Source: Octopus vulgaris
Lineage: Eukaryota
Direction of reading: 5' to 3'
Assembly (NCBI GenBank): GCA_951406725.2
Contig: OX597817.1
Span: 41,106,001-41,170,000 of the forward strand
Length of the DNA stretch: 64,000 bases
Below are positions 14,088 through 25,700 of this stretch, in pieces. Positions within the stretch are counted from its first letter, which is position 1, and each line of letters begins with the position of its first letter. The position numbers and the translations under genes are program-made. The notes under the pieces were generated by a model, which did no database searches, was not told the origin of the DNA, and saw only the letters and a program-made list of their open reading frames with translations.

Positions 14088-16714
14088 TGCATGGGTTCCG
14101 AGAGATAAGTAATTTATTTTAAGGGTTACGCAAGGGTAAAAAGGTTGAGAAACACTGGTTTCGGAAAATGGACAGATAACTTGTTAGAGAGTCAGACAGG
14201 ATGCTTTGTGATATTTCTTTGAACCCTTTGCATCATATCATGGAGAAGACAGGATGTTGTTGCTGTTGTTTAATACTAGCTTAACTATGACTGAGCATCC
14301 TGGCCTTTTCTGGTATTTAGGATTACATAATAAAATATGTTCTCCACACATTTTATTTTTTAAATAATGGGTATCTGTGACATGAGCGAGAAAACATTAC
14401 TCATTCCACATCCAGCTTTACAAATGTGGAAGCACAATCAGACACCAGCATCTATGGTCTTTGGTAGTGGAACCAGGAGTGGGGAGCAATTACAACCTCA
14501 GCTGCAGCTGACTATCAAATGTGGTCAGCATTTGTGAGGGACATTGTGAACTCATTGGTCAGAGCTGGCTTGACTCACTCTGGGTGAATGCTGCCACAAT
14601 TACAACTAATACATTATTCATTTTGTGGACTGTGGTAACTTTATTATTGCACTCAACCCCAAGATGTTTTGTCTAATAAAATCAAATGAAGATAAATCAA
14701 GGTGAGAGAAAAAGGAAAATGAAAAGAAAAAAAAAATACAAAATATCATTTTATGTTTTATATCGAAAAATAATATAAATTCTAGCAAAATTGAAACTTA
14801 TAATTTCTTACATAAATACACGGTCTAATATTTGTAGGGTGAGATTAGTTGATAAGATTAACCTGAAATTCTTGACTATGTTATATTAATCCTGGAAGGA
14901 TGAAAAGCAAAATTGATCTGGTTAAGATTTAAACTCAGAACCTAATACTGCCCTAATAATACTTACTTCATCCTTGGCAGAATTTGAACTCAGAAAATAG
15001 AGATGGACAAAATGCTGCTAAACATTTTGTCTGGCTTGCTAAAGATTCTGTCGGCTCATCACCTTAATAATAATAATTCTTTCTACTATAGGCACAAGAC
15101 CTGAAGTTTAGTGTTCAATGTATATTACTGACCCTGTAAGGATGAAAGGCAAAACTTGGCTATGATGGGATTTGAACTCAGATTGCAGAGAGCTGAAAGA
15201 AATTCCCCAAAGTATTTTGTCAGATGCTCTAACGATTCTTCCAGCTTGCTGCCTTGATAACAACAACAATGATAATAACAATATTAATGATAATAAGAGA
15301 TACCCTAAAATCTAGATGTATTGCAAAAGTTGGCATTACTTGGAACTGCACACATTGCATAAAGTACTGTCTGTCTGAGGTCCTTATTGTGACTTGACAA
15401 ACAGTACAAACCCCTGGTAAACACAATACCTTCAATCAACAACCAAATGATATTGTATACTGTGCGACGTTTATAATAATAATAATAATAATAATAATAA
15501 TCTTTTTTTGCTATAGGCACAAGGCCTGATATTTGGGGGAGGAGACTAGAAGATTATATCAACCTCAAAAGGATAAAAAGCAAAGTCAGCCTCAGCAGCT
15601 ATAATCCTCAACATCAACTCTCTCTCTCTGACATGCACATACACAAATCAATTAATGAGCCATTCAATTATCTGGCAAGTTATTCAGACAGGTATTGCAT
15701 AATAACCAAAAAATGTTAAGTATATTTCTAACTGTTTAACTAGTTACAAAAATATTTAATAGGATTTTTGTAGAGTTAAAAAGGAGGAGGGGGTTGAGGA
15801 AATAAATAAAAGGTAATATTTATCTCTAACTGAAAGTGGATGCTGTGTTAGTTTTAAGTTTTAAATGAAAGGAAAATACTTGGGTGAATTACTGGGTTTT
15901 TTAATCTTGGTGTTATCTTTGGTGGTATATTTCAATAAAACAACAACAATAACAACAAAATATAAAAGAGTTAAGTCACCACATTGTTATAAAATGATTA
16001 CAATAAATCTGTAAATAAAATATAATATTATTAAACACATCAATCATTACAAGAGAGAGTGAGATTTATGAAAGAGAGAGAGAAAAACACAGACATGACA
16101 AAATATGAAAGAGAAAGGAATAAAAGTGAAGAAAAAAAAAAAACAAACAAACAACATCAGCAAATACATAACTAGACAAACAAACAAACAAACAAACAAA
16201 AATACAAAACAGCATCATGAGAAATCTGAAGAAGAAAGGGTTTATGCAAATCAATTAAGTTTGTGACTGACAAATAATTTCATGCAGTTTTAAACAAATA
16301 GCCAATGAGATGAACAAACATAGCAATTGCAGGGTGCCAAACATAACCATGGGATGATTATTTCCTTTATTTGTTGATTTGAGAAAAAAGAAATATTGCC
16401 AAATTAAAAAAAAAAAAAAAGCCAAATTATTATAATCACTAATTTACGATAATAACTAAAGGAGCTTATATAGTAATAATAATAATAATAATTGTTTTGA
16501 ATTTTGGCACAAGGCCAACAATTAAATGAGGAAATGGGAAAATCAATAACATTGACCCCAATACTTAACTGGTACTTTATTTCATCATCCCAATAAGATG
16601 AAAGGCAAAGTTAGCCTTAACAAAATTAGAACTCAAAGAAAATTATTGTAACTAAATGCCACAAGGCACTTTGTCCAATGTATTAACAATTTTGTCTGCT
16701 CGACAATAATAATA

Positions 16715-16796
<82 letters not shown>

Positions 16797-16846
16797 TAAT
16801 AATGGTAATAATAATAATAATAATAATAATGGTAATAATAATAATA

Positions 16847-16899
<53 letters not shown>

Positions 16900-19701
16900 G
16901 ATGATTGTTTCTGATGGTGATATGAAACTTGAGATGTTTTTAGGGAGACTAAAATATGAAACTCAGAAAGTTCATGCCTTTTTATAAGGGTTTTAGAAAT
17001 GTAAACACAAATGAAAATCAAGATAAAACAAAATGAAAATAGCAAATGATATTAAACTCAGGACACAATAAATATTACTATTTATATCTTCATTACTCAT
17101 AAAACAATACTCAAGCAAAAACCTTAACACTCTTAACAGATGTTAATGCTAATTACCTCTCGGGACATCATGGAAATGTACTACAACTAGGACTTGTTTC
17201 AGAGGCCCAAATAAAACCAGACTGAAGAGACAAACAAATGAACAAAGATATTCTATGATCAGCCTATCTTAGAAACTGCATTATTTAATCTGTCTTTTAA
17301 GATGTCAGGGTGTGATTTGAGTGAGGTTTGGTTGAATGGCTGCATACAAGCTCTTCTTGGGTTTCTTTTTAGGAACTAGAAAACATTTTAGAACTAAACA
17401 GCTGCTTTGGTCTCTACATGTTTCAAATCCACCCAAAACAACAAAACTCTGTACACATTTAAGAAAAATGCACATTGTGCCAGACAATGCATACTTTGAA
17501 CCACATAAAAAAAAACCCATCTATCATGTGTGTTCTTTATTTGTTCAGCTGTTATTACAGTGACCTCTATTTCTGTGAACTTCTTATTTCAACTACTTTC
17601 ATTTAATCCCAATTGATTCATCTACCTTTCCTCCTCTCATCAAAAACTTCTGAGTATCTCTATCAACTAGAATGTAACACTTCTGCTTCTCTCTTATGAT
17701 TTACTTTCAAGTATCAACTTTCAGAAGTTCAACTTGATCTTCAATCATATTTACTTCACAAAGCTCTCAAATATGACACACCTCTGGACTATCATTGGAC
17801 CAAAATTTATGATATCAAAATAATACAAGAACTCAGAGATAAGCCACAGTCTACATCTTTAGACAATGTCTATTAGTTCTTAGTGTTAGGAAGTGAAAGA
17901 ACTCAGAAATAAGCTCAGAAATAAGTTCTTAGTGTTAGGGAGTATAAAATAGAGTGCTACTAAAATGAGATAGGAGTTTATATAATGACAGCACTTTCTG
18001 ATAATAAATTAATACCCAAATAAAAATAACAGACAAATTAGATAATAATTCTTTATTGAAAGAACATGGGACCACAAATCCAGTTTATTTAAATGGATTT
18101 ATCTCTATATAATAGAATTAAGTTAAAACATATCAGTGTGTCTGAAATGTCAGCCTTTTTCACTCTTCATGCTAACCAAACTTAGCACCAACAAACTCTC
18201 TAGGATTTACTATTACTTATGAAGACCCTGACCAATTTTCTTCGAATTCTGGATTTTATCATTGAGTCAGTGTTCATTCTAGGCAAAATGTAAATCAAAG
18301 TTCTTTAAGAATTTTCTTTTGATGGACTAGAGTGGTTTACCATATCTATATCTAATAACATGGCAAGTTTTGCTCATTATCAAACCCTGGGTCGGATTTC
18401 ATTAAATAATCTACCGCTTTACTAATGATGGAATTAGCATCACTGACTCAATAAATGATATCAAATTTCAAGGGATTACATATAGGTGGTATGAATACAA
18501 CAAGGTATAGACCAGTGGTTAAGGTGTTGCACTTGTGATCACATGGTAGTGGCTTTGATTCCCAGACCAGATGGTACATTGTGTTCTTGAGCAAAACACT
18601 TCATTTCATGTTGCTCTAATTCACTCAGCTGTAAAATGAATTCCAGCAATAACTGGGAAGCTAACACTGATATGAACCAGTATCCTGTTCAGTGGGTAGT
18701 GTTATAATTCCAGTCCCTTCTATGCTACAAAAATCAGATTAATCTCGAACCTTATGAATTCTAGGGCTCATGAGAGACCTGAGTTCATGAATACAATGAA
18801 AATAACCAGTTCATGTAGCAAAGTAGGTTACTGCTGAAATCAAAAGAAAAAAAAAAAAAGCAGCCAGAATACAGCATCACAAATAAAATTTTAATTGATA
18901 CTGAGACTAAAACTTCATTTAGCATGCTGACATTGAGACACACTATTTAATTTAAAAACTGATTACATTTAAAAAAAAAATTCAGTTTTAAAAATTACCC
19001 CCTTGTAAACTTCGGTCCAACCATCTTGTGCAATGACACTAGTATTAGTACACATACCAACTTAACATCTATGTAAATGATGACCAACATTGAAACTAAC
19101 TTAATTTCAGCCCAAGAAAAACTGCTTGTTGCTTCTACACATATAACGTACTGAGATGATAAGTTTAACTGCCATTACATTCATCTTCCAATATTGGATT
19201 CTCGTGAGATAATCCTTTCCATTATAAGTAACGACAAATTATTTTTTTTACATAGAGCCATTATCTCTGGAGATTAATAAGAAACAAAGAAAATTTCATC
19301 ATTATCAAATCAAAAGAAAATTTTTGGTTAATCAGCACATAGAAAATAAACTAATATCTAATTGAGAAGATTAAATTCAAATTAGTCTAAATAGATAACA
19401 GACAGTGAGTGTGTGTGTATATATATCCCATTCACTAATATGGAAAATCACTAGAATGTATGTTCCGAGTTTTAAATATTTTTTTGTTAACAAACCTGAT
19501 TTTAAGGGAATTATGTAAACAATATTGAAATGTGAATCACCAAAAGAAAGTTAATCACCTAATCATAAGATTGAAGAAAACAGAAAAGTGTCCATTTGAA
19601 TGTACAGATTTAAACAACAGATTAAACAAACAACATCGAAGGAAACAATAATAAAGTGAAGAGGCAATAATATTTGTGCTATATAGATAAGTAACTTGTG
19701 T

Positions 19702-19750
<49 letters not shown>

Positions 19751-22700
19751 AAACATTGCTGTGTAGACAGACAAAATGTATATAATGTAAATATGTGCTG
19801 TGTAGATAGACAGTGTGTATATGACTATATAAAACAATTTAAATAATGATGTATAAATATAGATCTGGTTCAAAATAATGTGTGAAGAAAAAACATAAAG
19901 ACAATGAAATGATGTTTGTATAGTAGCGGTTTTCCTTGTCTAAACAGGAAAAAAAATTATTGACTATTAGCAAGATAATTAGCTTAAAACCTAGACTGAA
20001 AACCTAGCAAAAAATGCCTTAGGTTCATGTCTTAGTAGAGAATGTTCTTTATACAACAGACTGTATCTAATAAATACATTTCCTTGTACATTAGGCGTAG
20101 GAGTGGCTGTGTGTTAAGTAGCGTGCTTATCAACCACATGGTTCCTGGTTCAGTCCCACTGCGTGGCACCTTGGGCAAGTGTCTTCTATTATAGCATCAG
20201 GCCGACCAAAGCCTTGTGAGTGGATTTGGTAGACGGAAACTGAAAGAAGCCCGTTGTATATATGTATATATATATGTGTGTGTGTGTATATGTTTGTGTG
20301 TCTGTGTTTGTCCACCCCCAACATCGGTTGACAACCGATGCTGGTGTGTTTATGTCCCTGTAACTTAGTGGTCTGGCAAAAGAGACCGCTAGAATAAGTA
20401 CCAGGCTTACAAAGAATAAGTCCTGGGGTCGATTTGCTTGACTAAAGGCAGTGCTCCAGCATGGCCACAGTCAAATGACTGAAACAAGTAAAAAAGAGTA
20501 AAAAGTATTAGTTCAAAAATCATTGAATGCCTAATTCTAAACCAGTTAGACAGCTGTGTGGTTAAGAAACTCATTCTGCATCAATGTAGTTTCAAGTTCA
20601 GTCCTAGTGCATGGCACCTTAATTGAGTGTCTTTGGACTGATCAATGCTTTGTGAGTGAATTTGGTAAATGGAAACTGTAAAAGCCTGTCATATATGTAT
20701 GTGTACACTTAGGGCGTGCGTACATGCATATGTCTCTTTGTGTTTGTCCTCTACCCTGCTTGACAAGTAGTGATGGTTTGTTTACATCCCTGTAACTTAG
20801 CAGTTCAGCAGAAAAGACCAATAGAATAAGTACAAATCTCGAAAAATAAGTACTGTTTAACTAAAATCCTTCAAGCATAGCTGCAGTCCAATGACCGAAA
20901 CAAATAAAAGATCTAAGATAAACTAAAAATATATTTGGCATAAGCTGACAAATAGCAAAGGTACTCTGTCTGTGAATAAATAAGAATCACATTTAACAGA
21001 GTGATCTGAACGCTAAAAGGTTAAAGAATATAAGAAAATATAATTGCAGTGAAGTCAAAATATTGAACAAATGGTCAAGTTAATGCGTTTGTTCAAATCT
21101 TATTACTACATTCATAGTGTGAAGTTTAAGATGGCTTGCTTCATTTGTCCGGACATAAAGCTTCACTATCCACTCCTATTGTACAATAACATAACAAGGA
21201 ATGGTATTTAGTTGTGAAAATAATTGCTTCAAATCCACTTTGTATTAAAATAGCTTAAGAAAAATGGATGTTAAAAACACCATTTTCCAGATAAATGAAT
21301 AAAGATTAAAAGAAGAAAAGGAAAAGCAGTTTTTCTTTTTTTTTTTTTAAATTAACCAAATCACCTTGGTTACAGTATTTTTAAAGGAAGGAAGCAAAAC
21401 ATAAATTGTAGTAATTACCACCAATGATTTTTAGATGAAATTTAACCTCAGTCCCAGAATAATGAAAGGTAAAGTCTACTCAAGCAAGATTTGAATTCAA
21501 AAAGTAGAAAGTCTAAATACCACAAGGTATTTTATTCAACAAATATTGATTTAAAAAAAATATAAAACCACAATGCATTAAAAGGGAAAAAATAAGGTGT
21601 TGTGATATTCATGCTTTTTCAAGGACATCAATGATAGGGAGTAGAATGGAATGACTGTTAATCAGCAATGAAAACTGTGTCACAGTCTTCGCTGATGAAG
21701 AGCAATGTACCAGAATATTTGTCACTGTAGGAGTTTACTTATGTACTGGAGTAATTGTTCCTAATGTTTTGATAAGAGGGAGAAAGGATTCAATTGTAGC
21801 ATTCTGTTGATCAATTTATTTGAAAGAGATAACTAATCAATTAAACTATCTTAAGAAATCAGTGAGTCATCTGATTATAATACTTCATTGATGCAGTGTA
21901 TGCGCATGTGTGTTTTTTTTAAAAATCTTGTCTGACAACCACAGCAACATCAAAAATATTATAGAAAACTAATAAGAACAAGTTAATATTACTGAAGATT
22001 CTTTAAACATCCAGTGGTGACTTTCCTGAATGAAATATTAATGGACATACAACTTCAAGTTTCTTAAGCTATTTATTCCATTAAACATTAATGAACACAC
22101 AACTTCAGGCTTCTTAACAATCTCTTAAGCTGTTTATACCATTAAACATAAATGAACACACGTCTTCAAGCATAATAACCTCTTAAAGTTGTTATTCTAT
22201 CAAATACTAATAATGGATACACATCTCTAAGTACAGGCTCTTATACTAGTTATTCTATAAATTGACGCATCTTCAAGTAAAGCAGCCTCTTAAGCAACTT
22301 ATTTTATTAATTGATGTATCTTTAAGTATACCAACCTCTTAATATTTATTCTATTAAATACTAATGAATACATATAGGTACAACTTCTGAAACTATTTGC
22401 TAAATATTAATAGACACATCTTTAATTATAATAACCTCCTACCTTATTCTATTAAATATTAACAGACATATCTTTAAGTATTATAATCTCTTAAACTATT
22501 AGTATACACATCTTTATGCATTATAACCTCTTAAACTATTTATTTCATTAAATATTGATGGAAACATCTTCAACTGTTTATTCTGTCAAGCTTTAGAAGT
22601 AAAAGCAGAAGAAAAGAAACACCAAAAACTGAAGGTTTCTATTTAATTAAACAACTTTCAAATTTGTTTTAGCCATCAAGGCTATAACCATGCTTGGGTG

Positions 22701-25700
22701 TAGCTTTCATGAATTGTAAAGATTGTAGAAGCTATAATTGATAGAAATATATAACCACTATATTAGTGATTATAGCTTAGCTGAGATCAGACTGGACACA
22801 AACACTAATGTGATGTTTGATGGATGATGGATGCTTAATGAGAATAGTACAAGAATCAAGACATACTAAATAGCAGTATACACTGATGCACAAATAGCAA
22901 CTAATATAGCAATTAGCAAGGGGATTGCTTGTATCAAAGTCACATTGCAAGTTCATTGTTGGCTAATGACGACAAACGGGAGAGGTATGTGTATGTATGT
23001 ATTATGTGTGATAGGACGGTAAATGATAGAGATGAAGCAAAAAACTAGATGGAGGGGAAAATGATTCTGTATGTATCTGAATAAACAGTGAAGGAATAAA
23101 AATTGTCCGAGCAGCCCAATTGCAAAGCAGCTATAATTATTAAGTGATGGTGGAGAGGTATTGAAAGGAGAAACGGAGTCCACTACAGATGCATCTATTA
23201 AATAGTGTTAGAGTGATTTGGCACCCACCTAAGCCGACTGAACGCCTCCTTGTCAAGAGACCGCCTTCCTTAGCAGCATTTGCTATGTTTGCCCCAACCT
23301 CAGAAAAGGCTCGCTTTCTCATCATTGACTCACCAGCGTAGGAGCTGTTGCCAGATTTGTGGGAAGAGGATGACGTGTACAGTTCTTGGAATGAGAGATC
23401 TTGGATGCTGTCAGCACGTAGCTGAAACAAAGATTGAATAAAAGATTTTGTATTAAAGTGACATTCAATGGTTAAACAACACCAATTACACGTATACACG
23501 CATGCACACACACAGACACACACACAATCTGAAATATAAATCAGTTTGCATTTATATTTATTCAGTATGTACTTAATTCATGGCAGCAATCAATAATAGA
23601 AAATCAACTTATTTAATGATCTTAAATGGTCCAATCATTGATGGAGTGGTGAGAAATTAGTGTTCAGTCACAGAACAGATTGTATGTCAGTTAATAATAA
23701 GCAATTTAGTACATTTATCTGTGCCAATGTTAGAAGAGGAGTCAGAATACTGCAAAATGTCCTAATGAGTTATTGATCAGAATCATAGATAACAAGGACG
23801 TTTGCATGCTGTTAATTGCCTGTCCATTGGAAGTGAATCTTTTACAAGAATGTGGCATATTGCAAAAGAAATGCTTAGAAATATCTAAATAAAAATAGAG
23901 GAATTTATTTCTATTTTTTGGGGAGAAGTGGCATTAACAATTTCATAGAATCAACACTAATTTCTTTTTATTGAAAAGAAAAAATTAAAAAAGAATAACT
24001 AAAAAATTTTTTAAATAAATAAAACAAACAATACTAGCTTGTTCATTATTTCAATCATACACATACAAATAAGTATGTTATTTCATTAAGTTGTTTTAAT
24101 TTCATTAAGATGTTTTTACTATAAAAAATACAAAAGCAATAATCTCAAATTGAAAAGAAATTCCATTTGTTTATGAACTTTCATGGATTAGGTCAGTCTA
24201 CAAATTGTAGCATGGGAAAATGGATATCAATAAGAAATAAACGACAGGTATAACACTGATTTTTCAGGTATTGATGGGGAGGAATCTCCTATAATCTGCA
24301 CTAATTTATGAGCAGAAACTTCAAATTCCCATGGCTGTCAGACTACAGGGTGTTTCAAAAGTCTATGTAACATTCTAAGAACTCTTAAATCATGAACTAC
24401 AAATTGGTAGCATGATTGAACTAGTACCATTTAAAAGCAAAAAGTATCAAGTTTTCTTCTGCTAATTAAATTTTAATTTAATTTTGTTTTTTGACTATTT
24501 TCAGATACAGTAATGTCATTCACAAAAGAAAAGTCATTTTGTGTCATAGAATACGCTAAAACTGAATCATGGACACATGTTCAATGCAAATTTTGTACAA
24601 CGTTTACCAAGCAGGCACCAGGCAGACATTCCATTTTGAATTGGCATGCAAAATTGAAAGAGGAGGGGTATTTGTGCCTGGCAAAGAGAACAGAAAGCAC
24701 CTCAACTTCAGATGATATGGTTGAACAAGTTTGGCAAGCCTTCCAGTGCAGCTCCCAGAAATCAGTCAGAATAGCCAGTCAAGAACTTCAGCTCACATCA
24801 ACTGTTTGGCACATCTTAAGGAGACGGCTGCACTTCACACCATACAAGCTGCAATTGGTTCAACAGCTGAAGGACACTGATAAACTTATTCACCATGAAT
24901 TTTTCACAAGAGTATCCTGTTCGCTTTGCCAGGCACAAACACCCCTCCTCCTTCAATTTTGCATGCCAATTCAAAATGGAACATCTGTCTGGTGCCTGCT
25001 TGGTAAACAGTGTATGAAATTTGCATTGGACATGTGTCCATGATTCAGTTTTAGGATATTCTAGGACACAAAATGACTATTCTTTTGTGAATGACATTAC
25101 TGGATCTGAAAAGAGACAAAAAACAAAATTAAAATAACAGAAGAAAATCTGACACTTTTAGCTCTTAAATGGTACCAGTTCAATCATGCTACCAATTTGT
25201 AGTTCATGATATAAGAGTTCTTAGAATGTGACATGGACTTTTGAAACACCCTGTAGTTTGCTGCTACTTTGCACAATACAGTATTAAAAAACTTGTATCG
25301 TTTATACTAATGTACAGGAACCTGCATTCCATTTAATTATTTAAGTAAATTTAATATTTGTTTGATTTAGAATGGAATTACCCCTAGTTTGGAAAAATCA
25401 GTATTTCAGAATAGTTTTGGAACCAAAGGTTTTGTAAAATCAAAAAAAAAAAAAAAGAAAAGAAAACAGGAAAAAAACTGCTATGATAACTCACCTGGTC
25501 ATCAATTCGAGGAGGAGAAGACACCATAGCCTAAAATTTAGAAAGAAAAATAATTAAAAGGTAATTTAAAACTCATAATTCAATGTTTTTAACTATGAAG
25601 AATTGTGAAAAAAATGGGAAGACATGTATGACAAAAGGTGCAATTGATTTATAGAGCCAGAAAAATCTTTACACATCATTCAATGTTCAAACAAAAAATC

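Noticed and set aside
15893-15916. Possible 24-nt microexon (DNTKIKKP)
   Set aside because: Weak AAG acceptor with a purine-rich context; unsupported without RNA data.
16683-17045. Poly-Leu and poly-Ile ORFs
   Set aside because: Artefact of the (TAA)n tract.
20094-20170. tRNA-like A/B boxes as tRNA genes (also 30511, 34945, 56920)
   Set aside because: They are heads of multi-copy SINEs with no complete cloverleaf.
21680-21730. CTGATGA...GAAT...GTC as a hammerhead ribozyme
   Set aside because: The GAAA core is broken and stems I and II do not pair in register.
22030-22585. Regularly spaced repeats as a CRISPR-like array
   Set aside because: Eukaryotic intron; the whole unit repeats with no unique spacers and there are no cas genes.
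24513-25043. 176-aa ORF as a functional transposase
   Set aside because: It lacks the DDE/D domain; the last ~45 aa come from the inverted arm.
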